Shown: positions 25,792 through 38,632 of the stretch, piece after piece
How the letters are laid out: every line of letters starts with the position of its first letter
Position numbering within the stretch: the stretch's first letter is position 1
NCBI RefSeq assembly: GCF_009914755.1
Contig: NC_060928.1
Length of the DNA stretch: 64,000 bases
Reading direction: 5' to 3' (one strand)
Source of the DNA: the human T2T-CHM13v2.0 reference genome, Homo sapiens
Made by a program: the position numbers and the translations under genes
The notes under the pieces: generated by a model
Databases searched by the model: none
Seen by the model: the letters and a program-made list of their open reading frames with translations, nothing else
Told to the model about the DNA's origin: nothing

Positions 25792-27378
25792 CAGAAAGCC
25801 TCTGGCAGCTGGAACAACTGTACAGGCGAAGACGCTGGAGGTGGTGGAAGCAGGCGCTTTCTCTGCCTAGCCATCTTCTGTCTTAAAACGCCTTCCCAAG
25901 AGCCTGCTTCCCACGGAAGCCTCCTGGGGTTGGAGTCTTTAGCTGTTAATCCACCCCACAACTACCTGGAATTGGCCAGATTCTGGTTTGAACTGCAATT
26001 TACTACCCAGTTACCTGAGCATATTTGTCTGCCTCAAACGGTTCAAGCCAGAAGTAACAGGGTTTGCGCACGGCCGTAAGGTAACTGTTGCTGCACTACC
26101 TACTGAAATCACTTAAAGAAACCGGATAGGGGTAATGAGGTTACTGATTCTTGTTCTATCCCGAAATAACAAATGGTGCAGTGCTAGGCGTTTCTCCCCC
26201 TCTTTGATTGATTCTCCACCCTTTTAGTCTCCTCTGGAAATGCACATTGACCCTCCTTGTTTTTCTTCTCCCACTACACATTAATTAGGCAGTATTTTTC
26301 TCTTCCACAAAGCATGTTAGTCAAGGTAGCCCATATCAAATAGTTTATAAAACAAAAAAATTTAATTATAATAGATTTTAGGGTGAATAAATTTACGTAA
26401 AATGTGATGTCAATATAAATTTGAGGTTTTTTTTCTTTTACTGCTTCAATTAAGAATATGCTTTGGATAGCTATTTAACTGTTTCATTGAATGCACACAC
26501 TAACTCACTGATCTGATTAGCCAGAGAACTAGGAATTAATTCATTAGAAGTATGTTGTGAATAAAAATACTTGTCTGATTACCCTTTGCATTTTGCTAAC
26601 ATTGGATAAGGTTTGTAAACACTGATGGGAATATGATACTTTATAATACTGCATGCAACAGTAGCTGATAGTCCTTCTGTCAATAATTTTTAACAAGGTT
26701 TTACTCTTTAATTTTACATATGTAACTGAAAGACACTGAGAACAGTTAAAAGAAATTAATGAGGAAAGGTGAAGGGTATCTCCTTGGGTAGTAAGAATTT
26801 GCCTGTTTATTCTTGTAAACGATTTTTAAAAGCTGGAGAGAATTTCCCGTATTCTCCAAAATCCAGGTTTTTGCAAGTTTTATGCTGAAATATTTTCCAA
26901 CTTGTTTCATTCATTTCTTTCAAGTACTTTTATTTAACTATATCTATGTTTCTTCCTTTGATATATATTTTCTATTTTTATAATATGTGTTTTATGGGAA
27001 ACTGATCCTATTCTGCTATAGTTAATTATAATTTCCTATGGACTATTATATGTAAAGGGGATCTGAATCCTGCAGAACCTGGAAAAAAGAAATGATGGTG
27101 TTAGGTATCACCCATATGTTGACCCTGAGAGACTGCCTCATTTGATTTGATAAACCGGTTGTATGCATAGTCGGGAGGAATGTGGGGAAAGATACATACT
27201 ATCGGTTCTGAATAAAGCAAATAAGGTACATCATACTCATCAAACAAAGTAGTGTCTTAGAGGGGCACACTCACTGACTCGGAGAAATAAGATCAGGTGT
27301 CTTACAGATTTCTAGGTTAGAATACTAGAAGTTACTATAGGTAAGGAAGTGAAGAAAGCTCTCTGTCTTCCATTATGA

Positions 27379-27597
27379 TAGTCGTTTTCAAGTGGAGGCA
27401 ACTTTACCCCGTGGGACTTCTGTCAATGTCTAGAAATATTTTCAGTTATCACAATCTGGGGGTAAAGGCAGCTACTAGTATTGAATGGATAGATGCTAGT
27501 GTTGCTGCTACATGTACTAAAATGCAAAAGAAGGCCCTCCCACAGCAAAGAATTGCAGAGCTCAAAGTGGCAATAGTACCAAGGCTGAGAAGCCCTG
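27379..27597 (+). mobile_element. MER20 (hAT-Charlie) DNA transposon
   Basis: About 220 bp, ending in 'aaggctgagaagccctg'. Degenerate 8-bp TSD CATTATGA / ACTTATGA. Confidence 0.8.
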
Positions 27598-27754
27598 ACT
27601 TATGAGTGAAGAGAATAGTAACCAGAGTCTACTGAAACTGATGATTTCCTTATATTGTCATCGAAGCCACCATTTCCCTCCTCCTTCTTTTGAACCACTG
27701 TCATTATCCACTAGGCTTATATACAGTTATAATGACTATCAACACAGTGCACAA

Positions 27755-27910
27755 CAATTTTTTCCCCCAAAATTTGTTCAGGGATCATCTTAAAATAAAA
27801 TGTTTGGGGTATCTCTTTAAAATGCAGATTCATGGGCTTCGCCATTAAATATAATTTTTAGCAAGAAATTCTGGAGATATTTTATGCATCCAAGTTTGAG
27901 GACAAAGGTT
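27755..27910. mobile_element. MER5-like hAT element remnant
   Basis: 'tttaaaatgcagattcatgggc...tattttatgcatccaagtttgagga' resembles MER5. Confidence 0.55.
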
Positions 27911-30488
27911 CTACCATCATCTCACAAAATAACCAGCGAGACAGAGACCTGATCATATATGTGCAACCATGACCTTAATAAAGCAGGGGCTCAGCATGAT
28001 TCCTCTATCCATTGTTAATTAATTCATTCAAAACTATTTATTAAGAAACTGTGATGTCAGGAACTAGGCCAGGAATTAGAAATACAATGGTGAACAAGTC
28101 TTACTGCCTTGGTTTCTTAGTCTATAAAAAAAGAGGATAATAATTCTGCTTAGTTTATAGAGTTTTTTAAAGGATTAAATGAATTAATACATGGAGATCA
28201 CTTGAAACAGTGCCTGGATAATTAAAATTACTCAAAATTTTAATACTGTTATCTAATTGATGGTAAGTTTCAAATCTAATTATTCATTCCAGTCTCTAGT
28301 ACAGCACCTGGTACAGAAGAGTTAATTTGTAAAATGTACAGTCTATTAGGAAGAAAGGAGATAATTAGGAGACACTGTTGTGCTCACCCTACCTTCAACA
28401 TTGCCTTGATGTTTGCTTTCTCCAGATCAAGGGGACATTTTGAGTTGTATTCTACCTCTCCTGATACACTTTTCTTCTGATGACCGAAACTCTATACTTC
28501 AGCCAATGCATCAATTTCAGGTTCCTAAACTTATCCCTCAAAATCATGCATTTTTGTCTTGTCACAGGCTATTCCCTAGGAGACCCTTCCCTCTTCAATA
28601 TCTACTTAATCCCTTTTCATTGTTTCTGAATAATTTTATGGGTCATTTTTTTCAAAGAAGCCTTTATTGTTCATTGCATCCTAGTCTGTGTAACAGAGAT
28701 GTCCTATATATAATAATGGTTAATAATTTTGAGCATTAGCTATGTGTTCCCAGGCATTGTTCTTAGCAGTTCTAGGTTATGGGTGCACACTGTTATCTGT
28801 CCTCCTAAAGCAAATGCTTTATTTCTGTATCATGGAATACGTTACATTTTTGGGAATTGTCTGTATTTCTACCTAAACTTTCAGTTCTGTTTTAAAATTT
28901 TACATAGTAAGGATTGATACTTCTTATCAGATCCGGTATTATGTCATGTGTTTAATAGTATACGTGCATATTTGATTAGTACATCTCTCTCCATAGAATG
29001 TAGCTCTGAGAAGGTGGGGCCTTAATTTGTTTTCATCATCTCTGCATCCCTTTCATATAAAGCAATGGCTAGAGGGTAATAGGCAGTCAATAAATACTTG
29101 TAGAATGAATATAGATTCAATACATAATTTACTAAATAAGCAGATGAATAACTTTAACCTTTTGATATATATATATATGTATATATATATATATTGGAGC
29201 TATGAGGGGATCTCTGTTCCTTAGTAGTGTTCTCTAGTGTTCAGATCCAAGTAGACAAATTCCAGATTTTGATGCTTGACTTATTCCTTCCCATGAGACC
29301 ATAAGGAATAATTATTTTTCTGATTCACTGCTTGTCAAGACCAAAATCAACAAACCCCGCCATTTCAGTTTATATAATCAGATTATTTTCTATAATGAAA
29401 CAGAGGTGATGACCAGCACAAAGATATTTTCAAAGACTGAAGGCATGCACTCTTTCTTTGCCAACCTGTTCAATCTCCTTAATCCTGTACCTGGCCTCCA
29501 GAGTGCTGCTGAGACAGAGTGCAGAAGTTACTCCTTGATGTCAGGAATGGATCTCTGGCTTCTAACTTATGTTGTTTTAGCTTTTTTGTTTCTGTATTAT
29601 AATTTCTGAATCTGAACTTTCATCACGGATTAATATCTCTACTCTTTCTTATATCTTCCGTGGTTTCTTTTTACTTGGTTTGCCCACAAACATGTAACTG
29701 CTCTCGTGTCTAATAGTAGAGTACACATATACACCGTGTTTTCCTTTCCCCCCCTCAGCCATCCATGCCTTTTTAAAGCCATCCTTCTCTTTTCACCAGC
29801 CATTCACTCACTAAACTCTCTGGTCTAGCTTTTGTCCCTGTGACACTAATGCCTGCATGTTGCTAATCCAGTAGAAGTTTCCAGTGCTCACCTGTGTGAT
29901 CTCTCACCTACATTTGATCATTCCCTCTTTCTCAAAACATTCCTGGATGTTATATTTTTTTCCCATGCACCTTTCGCTAATTCTTTCTAGGCTTCTTAAC
30001 ATGCTTTTTCTACCTTACCTTAATACTTTGGAGTTCCTCAAATATTAGTTTGACTTCTTTTCTTTTTGCACCACGCTGTCATCATTGGCAATCTCATCTA
30101 TTATCAAATATTTATATATTATTGTAAGAACTTAAAAATATCTCCTTAAATCATATTGCAAGTCAAAGATGTTTTATTGGGCTTCAGACACATAAATCTG
30201 AAAAACACCAGCTAGCTAGTCCAACTAAGAGATCTTACAGTTTTTTTTCCCTTGACATATATGTCATCTAATCTATCACTAGCTCTTTTTAATATTCCCA
30301 AAACTTATGTTCAAACTATCCAGTGTAAATAGACTGTGGCAACCATAGGTTCATACGTAAGGTGGCCTTGGTTCAAAACCAAGATCTTCTATTTACTTAT
30401 TTTTTCAATGCCTTAGTTCTCATGTGGTTACTGTAAAAATTACATTAGTTATATAAAATACTTAAAAGAGGGCCTAGCACATACTAAG

Positions 30489-30594
30489 TGCTCAGTTAAT
30501 CTTAACAAGCATTACTACTGCTATTATCAATATTTAACTTCTGCTCAGTTAATCTTAACAAGCATTACTACTGCTATTATCAATATTCAACTTC
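30489..30594 (+). repeat. 53-bp tandem duplication (52/53 identical)
   Basis: TGCTCAGTTAATCTTAACAAGCATTACTACTGCTATTATCAATATT(T/C)AACTTC occurs twice. Confidence 0.97.
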
Positions 30595-32004
30595 CTTCTA
30601 GCTCTACTGCCAATTAATCTAAGTGGCCATCAAACCACTACAGTTGCCTTCCATTTCTAATCTTGTCTACCTTTTACTTATTCTTTATATAACTACTAGA
30701 TAGCCCTTATAAAATGTGAAAAACTAAAATTCTGTCCATTTTAAACCATTCAATGACTTCCTATTCTAGTTAGAACAAAATGCAATACTATTATCATGGC
30801 CTGTGAGACGCTGAAGCTTCTGGCCCCTATGTCTCTCTCCTGCTCCATCTTTCCAGCTCTCTCCTCTTCTCAATGTGTTCCAGCCAGAATGACTTCCCTT
30901 GAGGCTCTTCATTGCCATGCCTCATTTTCACCCAATGGTTTTGTAGGTGATTTTTCTATATCCTAATTACTTCACCTCACCTTTCACCCTTCCTCAGCTA
31001 TTGTCCTATTTTCACTCTCAGCTTAACTAGCCCATCCTTAAAGAAACCTCCAGTTTAAATTAACTCCACCATTATAGCATCTAATAGCACTCAGCACTTT
31101 TCCTTCCTGACATTTGATGTATTTTATAATTAATTGATTCATTTAATTCGAGATAGTCACGAGCACCTGGGTTTCAAGCACTCTTCTGTGTACTAAGGAT
31201 GCCATAAATGCAAAAAGCAGACAGATTTTTATGCTCTCATAAAGAGCATTCTGTTGCATTCTGTTGAACTTTCTATAGTATAAATTATAGTTTTATTCTT
31301 AAAAATATTTTCACAACCAGTCTAATTTTTATCTCTTTTCCAGACTGTAACTCATTGATGACCAGTGATTATTGTTTCTTTCTTTATTTACACTACCCCT
31401 AGTCTAGAATAGTGTCCATCATAGCCATTTATTGAAGAATAAATGAAGAAAGGGATGAGGTGCAACATTTCTACCTTACTATCTCTATAATTTGGGTATT
31501 ATACTTCATTTCTGTACACTTAAGCTTCTTTCCTATAAAAAGCCAGGATATGAATATGAAATTTGCAGAATTGAGGTAATACTATTATATAATTTAAATA
31601 AATTGTCTACCAAATAACTGTCCCCAATAAATGTTAGGGATGTGGAGTCAGGAGTGTAAACCCATGCAAGCATCATGAATCAGCAATTATGCTATCTTTG
31701 CAAAAAGGAGAAATGCACAGTCAAGTAACATAAATTTACATCCTGCTTACACTAATTATTTTTGTGATCTTTGACAAATCATATCTCTCTGAACTTTAAA
31801 TTTCTCAATTACAAAATGAAGTTAATGATTATTTTTATCATTATGGGTGAGTATGAAGATAAAATAAAATAATTTTAATGCAACTCTTTGCAAACTATTG
31901 TGATGCAGAAGTATAGTTTTTAATATTATTGCTATTACTTTTTGATGATCAGTACAAAATGACAGAAATCAGAGAAGGCATAATAAAGAAAAACAAAATA
32001 TCAA

Positions 32005-32260
32005 GAGTTAACAATTACATAGTCCTTGCGGTTTGCTACATATTGTATATCTTAATTGATTTGGATAACTTCACTTATTTAAATCCTACAACAATCCTAT
32101 CAGGCAGTCACCAGTAGTTTTCCTTTATTTTATGGATGAGGAAACTGAAGAGAAGAGGTTTAGTAATTTTCCCAGGTCACAAAGCAACTATATAATGAAG
32201 CTGAAATTTGAACCTAGAGAGTCAGGTTTTAGAACCCAGGTTTCGAACTGCTATGTGATA
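32005..32260 (-). mobile_element. MIR SINE (one of many MIR/L2 remnants in the window)
   Basis: Core 'ttttatggatgaggaaactgaagagaagaggtttagtaattttcccaggtcaca'. Confidence 0.75.
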
Positions 32261-32899
32261 GTGTACTGAACAGCAGATTAGTCATGATATCTGCTTTAAA
32301 ATAAATTGTTCATATTTCTGCCGAGGCCACCTTTTCCCTCTCAGATAAACCAACGTGGCTATTTCAGTGATTACATACCAGGGTATCATTGTTGTGAAAA
32401 CCTTACATATTTCACTTTAAAGGGCCATGCCATAAAAATGTCAAAAGTATGAAGAGTTTTTAAAGAATGATCCTCATGCAGCCATGTTTCAAGAGAATAT
32501 AATCCTGTTTAAGATATGAGACACTTACAGGAAAGAGATCCAGTACTGGGAGATTTATTGTAGCCTGACATTTAATGAAAACCCTAAAGGTTTTGATGGA
32601 GCTTTATTATATCAATTACTCACTTACCTCATATGTAGCCTAATATATTTTATTTTAAAAAAGCCTTGCTTGCAGAACTGGCATTGAAGTAATAGCCCCC
32701 AGGGCATCTTTGAATGGGTCCCATCCACTACCTAACTCCCTACTCACCCAATTTATAGCCTGTGATGTGTGGCTTTGGCTAGCAGCTAAAGAATAATATA
32801 ATTTCCTGTGGTTGTAAGGGTCCAGAGAGAAAGAGAATCTTCTTCTACTTGCATATTTTCCCCCTCATTTGTCTCACTGTAGCTTCCGGTCTACCAAAA

Positions 32900-35800
32900 T
32901 ACTAAGCAACTGCATATAAATACTGGGAAATTATTTAGAGCCCCATGAGGAGGTACCATGCACAGCAACAGAACTGCCAGTGTTTATTGATAGAAATCTG
33001 TGGAGCCCATATGGGAATGAGTTCTAAGTCAGTTGGATCATATTGAAAAGACTATAATGTTTACTTGGCAAAATGTGTTAAAATGATTGGTACACTAAGC
33101 AAAGATTCTGAATTCAATATATTAAATCAAGAAGCTAAAAAGTGTTTGTGACACTTTGCTTCACTAGTTGACTAAACCTTTACTCAAAGGTAATCTATAA
33201 TAGCGAAGTTGAAATGTCCTTAGATCTGCAAAGCAGTTATCCAAAGTTTTAGGAAAAAATGGTGGTTAGAGTGGATTGGTCCTGTAAGACCTGCTAGCCA
33301 GTCCCACTAATGCATTTATGAGGCAAATTCCAGCAGATTTAAAGAGCTCTATAGTGGTTATTACGTACAGGCCAGGGATGATAGTAGGAAATAGTATGAT
33401 CAAACTGGATTCCTGAAATTCAATGGGAACAATGGGATCTTGGGAATTCTCTGTATTCATTGGGCATGATAAGATTCCATAATGGCAGGGGCCAATTGGC
33501 AACAATAATAAGAGATAAAATGAGCGTCATCTTAAGAGTTAATGTGAGCACCAGATTTAATATTACAGTATTGGACAGAAGAACCCTAGCAGCCAACAGT
33601 GAAGTTTGACATGAAAATATCCTTGGCGCTAGAGTTATAGATCAAATGTTTGTATCCCTCCAAAATGCATATGTGCAAATCCTAACCCCCAATGTGATGG
33701 TAAAAGAAGGGGGGGTGGATTTGGAAGGTAATGTATCATAAAAATAGATCCCCTGTGAATAGAATTAGTGTTCTTACAAGAAGAAACATGAAAGAGATTT
33801 TTCTCTTGGTGACGTGAGAATACAACCAGAAGACCACCATCTGCAAACCAGGAAGAGTGCCCTCACCAGACACCAGATCTGTTGACCCCTTTATTCTTGG
33901 ACTTTCCAGACTTTAGAACTGTGAGAAATAAATTTTTGTTTAAGCTACTCAGTCTATGTTATTCTATCATAGCAGTATGTAACTGACTAAGAGGGTTAGC
34001 TAATTTATTATGTTGTCCTCAGAACTGAAGTAGGTGATTGTTCTACAGAGTCTTATTGATGTGTATAGGCAGAAAGGCAATAGATCTGATAATGAGAGAT
34101 GCGATTTCAAGTACCACCGTGATGTCCAAACCTCCTATCCAATTTTAGTCTTGGACCAATTTATGGACCCAGAGTATCTTAATAAAGGATAGTGTGGGTT
34201 CTTTTAAGTAATGATGTGGCTATACAAACAAAAAATTGTACTGAAAATCTACATCGTAGTCTTCCTCCAAGAAATCCTGCCACTATTTATTAGAATGACT
34301 ATTTTAGAAGGGGAATAACCAGTCTTTTAGGGACTATAATGCCCTGGCTCAAGCTGACAGAAATTTCTGGGTACTCAAAATGCCACCGTGGTCTAGTTGT
34401 CATAGTAAGGGCCTATGAGTATCAGGTGATAACTGTGATTATGGTTAGGTCCACAGTCGGCCTATGTCTCTCTGCACATATCCTGCGGCTTTATCCTAAT
34501 TAAAAAATGTGCAGTGGTAAGAAACATAGAAACTGGCGGAAAACAAAAGGTTTTTTGACTTGTGGAGACAAAACCAAGTGAAAGCCATAATAATTACTGT
34601 CACCTACCAACATAAGAAAAACATAAGACCACATGTTTGCCTCATCTAGGACTTAAAAGGTGAAGCAGTGGTATTTCTTATCAAATGTACATTCAGTTTG
34701 CTTATTTGCTTTGTATAGAAGGCAGATGGATAAAAGAAAATGATGATGGATTAATAAAAAATGTAACTAGGTAGTGATTTCACTTGTAGCTGCTATCCTA
34801 GATGTGGTTTTATTGCTGCAGTTAATTAACAATCCACTGACACCTGGTATGTAGCAAACATTTAGTGGCAAAACCCATTTAGAAGAAATCTACTTTCAGC
34901 TGAGAGAGTTAACAATACACTGTCAACTGACTTGCCTCAGTGTTAAATCAAACATCCAGCCCCATGACATAATCTAGTCTAAAGGTATGTTGATTGGCTG
35001 TCTGTTTTATAAGACATCATGCTGTTCCATTACAGGGATGACACCATGCTGATTGGATCTGGTGAACATGAAGAATGAAATACTCTAGAAATTTTACAAG
35101 ACATATACATACAGGGTAGAAAAAGAATCTCATAAAAAATCAGAGGCCTGGTACCTCATGACATTTCTAAGGTTTCAATGGTCTGCACATGTCTAGATAT
35201 CCCTGTGAAGGTGAAGGGCGATTTGCTGCATTAGGCTCCTCCTATCATTACGGAAGAAGCTTGTCTCTTTCAATTTTGGATGCAGTATATACTTTATCTA
35301 GGTTTATTACTCCAACCTATTTACCAAGTACCCTTAAACTCTGTTTTTCATTAGACTTTTATTCTTTTTATTAGGACTCAGAAAAAGAGAAGGCTTGCAA
35401 TAAGTTTAGACTACTTCACAAGCTTCTCTCTCACTTGGGCCACAGGATACTGAAGATTCAATTATGTTTGACATGATTGTAGCAGATAAGGTTACTGTAT
35501 GGCGCTTTGGGGAAGATTCCTATTGATAAATCACAAAATAGACTTTTAAGATTTCAGAAGAAAGCTATAAGCTAAGCTATCATTTTAAGATTATTATCCC
35601 CTTTTAAAGAAATAATTTCTGCCTTGCTACTGGTACCTAGTAGAGATTGAACACTTACTACAAGCCACAAATTTGCCATATAACATGAGCTAATATTGTC
35701 TGACCAACAAATAATAAAATAAAAAATTGACAGAAGCCAATCATAAAGGTGCATGTGATACATATGATATCAGGCTTGAGTGGTGCCTGAAGATGTAGAA

Positions 35801-36555
35801 AAGCCATATGAGCAAGTCAGCCAGATATCCATGGACCTTACTCTAGCTTCATTTCCCCATCTATTAACCTTCACCCTTAAGCCTAACTAGGAGTTTCCTA
35901 ATACTATGTAATTAAAGAATGAAAAAATCATTCTTTGTTTACAAATGATTCTGCAGGATTGACTTGAACCACCCAAAAAGAAAACCACAGTTGTGCAATT
36001 CTACTTCAGGTTATCTCTGAATAAAATGGTAAGGAAAAAAATCTTCAGTAAATTCAAAGAGTATACCTGTTTGCAGATTTTTCTTCCTGAAATGAGAACT
36101 AGCCAGAGATAGGATCTACGTTAATCCTAGACTATGGCCAAGGGTCAGATACTTGGAAGGGACACAGCTTAAAGTTGGTGAAAAGTAGGACTAAGGGAGA
36201 GGAATTTGGATAGATCTCTATAAATGGGCAGGGAATCAAGATTTTTTTTGTTCCATCTGTGAATCCTCACTAGATTGGCCTCAGGAGAGAAAGATACTCA
36301 TAATCAGGTGAACAAGATCATCTGTTGTGTGGATATCAGTCACTCGCTTTCACCAGCCACCTCTGTCCATATGGAATGTGCTCTTAAAGTAAACAAGGCA
36401 GGAGGGACGAAGGTTATACATACATTCAACAACATGGAATTTTACTCACCAGGTATTGTCTGACTTGATGACTGTCCAGTCTATCTATAGCAGAACATTA
36501 TATTTAGCCCAATAATGATTATATCCTCTAAGACCATTAGTCAGTCACTTGGTAG
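32900..36555 (+). mobile_element. Ancient ERV-L-class internal region (decayed gag-pro-pol)
   Basis: Translates to N*VVISLVAAILDVVLLLQLIN (~34775-34840; compare ERV-L NQVVTPIAAAVPDVVSLLEQIN) and HYRDDTMLIG (35028-35057; RT YxDD motif). Many stops. Confidence 0.8.
33633..33992 (+). mobile_element. MLT1A-like MaLR solo LTR nested in the ERV-L
   Basis: 'aatgtttgtatccctccaaaat...ccaggaagagtgccctcaccagac...gaactgtgagaaataaattt...gactaaga'. Confidence 0.85.
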
Positions 36556-37690
36556 GAGAAAAGACTCCCTATTCAATAAATGGTACTAGGACCACCAGCT
36601 AGCTATATGCAGAAGATTGAAACTGGACCCAATCCTTTCACCATATGCAAAATCAATTAAAGCTGGATTAAATATTTAAATATAAAACCTAAAACTATGA
36701 AACCTCTAAAAGAATACCTGGAAATACAGTTCAGGACAGAGGCCCTTGCAAAGATTTCATGATGAAGACACAAAAAGCAATTCAACAAAAACAAAAATTG
36801 ACAAGTGGAACCTAATTAAACTAAAGAGCTTCTACACAGCAGAAGAAACTATCAACAGAGTAAATAGAAAACCTACAGAATGAGAAAGAATATTTGCAAA
36901 CTATGCATAGGATAAAAGTCTATAAGGAACTGAAACAAATTAACAAGCACAAAACGAACAACCTAATTTAAAAATTGGTAAAATAGATGAGCAGATGCTT
37001 CTCAAAAAAAGACATATATGTGGCCAACAAGCATATGAAAAAAAGGTTCCATATCACTCATCATCAGAGAAATATAAATCAAAACCTATATGAGATACCA
37101 TCTCACACCAGTCAGAATGGCTATCATTAAAAAGTTTCAAAATAACAGATGTTGGTGAGGTTGTAGAGAAAAGGGAACACTTATATATTGTTTTTGAGAA
37201 TGTAAATTAGTTTTAGCCACTGCAGAAAGAAGTTTGGAGATTTCTCAAAGAACTTAAAACAGAACTGCTTATGTGACCCAGAAATCTCATTACTGGGTAT
37301 ATACCCAAAGGAATGTAAATTGTTCTGCCATAAAGACACAAGTATATGTATGTTCATTGCACCACTATACACAATAGCAAATATGCTGAAACAACCTGGA
37401 TGTTCCTCAAAGCTGGACTAGGTAATGAAAATCTGGTATACATACACAATAAAATTCCATGCAGCCATAAAAAAGAACAAAATCATGTCCTCTGAAGCAA
37501 CATGGATAGAGCTGGAGCTCATTATCTTCAACAAACTAACACAGGAACAGAAGACCAAATACCACATGTTCTCACTTATAAGTGGGAGCTAAACATTGAG
37601 TACACATGAACAAAAAGAAGGGAATAATAGACACCAAGGTCTACTTAAGGTTGGAGGGTGGGAGGAGGGTTAGGATTAAAAAACCAACAT
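36556..37690 (+). mobile_element. L1PA15/16-like fragment (ORF2 end plus 3' UTR), lacking the terminal 3' UTR and poly(A)
   Basis: Runs from 'gactccctattcaataaatgg' to 'ggagggtgggaggagggttaggattaaaaaacc', then similarity stops abruptly. Confidence 0.9.
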
Positions 37691-37812
37691 CTGTTTTTCT
37701 ATACTTCTACTACACTGTATATGTGGTCTATTTATAGCAATTTGTATCTTTCATTACGGTGATTTTTTTTTTAAGAAAATAGAAGACTCTGTGTCAGGAA
37801 CTCTCTCTCTCT

Positions 37813-38118
37813 CTTTTTTTAAATTACGTATTTATTTATTTGAGATGGAGTCTCGCTCTGTCACCATGCTGGAGTCCAGTGGCCCGATCTTGGCTCACTG
37901 CAACCTCTGCCTCCTGGGTTCAAGTGATTCTCCTGCCTCAGTCTCCAAGTAGCTGGGACTACAGGCAAGCACCACCATGCCCAGTTAATTTTTGTATTTT
38001 TAGGAGAGATGTGGTTTCACATGTTGGCCAGGATGGTCTCAATCTCCTGACCTCATGATCCACCCGCCTCGGCCTCCCAAGTTGCTGGGATTACAGGCAT
38101 GAGCCACCACGCCCAGCC
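37813..38118 (-). mobile_element. AluS (Sc-like)
   Basis: Full dimer. TSD AGGAACTCTCT at 37796-37806 and 38119-38129. Confidence 0.95.
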
Positions 38119-38233
38119 AGGAACTCTCTTTTTTAATTTTGTGTCCCTAGTACCTAGCAACAGCGGGCACATTCTTGTGTATGAAAAAGAGTTAATTTGT
38201 TGTCAATTATCTATTTATCTCTATTTACCCATT

Positions 38234-38632
38234 TGATACATCTTTGATGTTTCCTATAAATCTCACATTGAACTGTAATCCCCAATGCTAGAGGTGGGGC
38301 CTGGTGGGAGGTGTTTGGGTCACAGGGGCAAATCCCTCATGGGTTGGTGCTGTCCTCACGATAGTGTGAGTTGTCATGAGATCTGGTTGTTTAAAAGTGT
38401 GTGGCGCCTCCCCCACCCCTCTCTTGCTCCTGCTCTCATGTGATACACTGGTTCCCCCTTTGCCTTCCACCATGATTGTAAGAAGCCCAAGGCCTCATCA
38501 GAAGCTGAGCAGATGCTGGCACCATGCTTCCTGTACAGCCTGAAGGACTATGAGCCAATTAAAATTATTTTCTTTATAAATTACCCAGTGTCAATTATTT
38601 ATTTACAGCAACACAAGAATGGCCTAACATAC
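38234..38632 (+). mobile_element. MSTB/MSTA MaLR solo LTR
   Basis: 'aaatctcacattgaactgtaatcccc...gaagctgagcagatgctggcaccatgcttcctgtacagcctg...ataaattacccag'. Confidence 0.88.
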
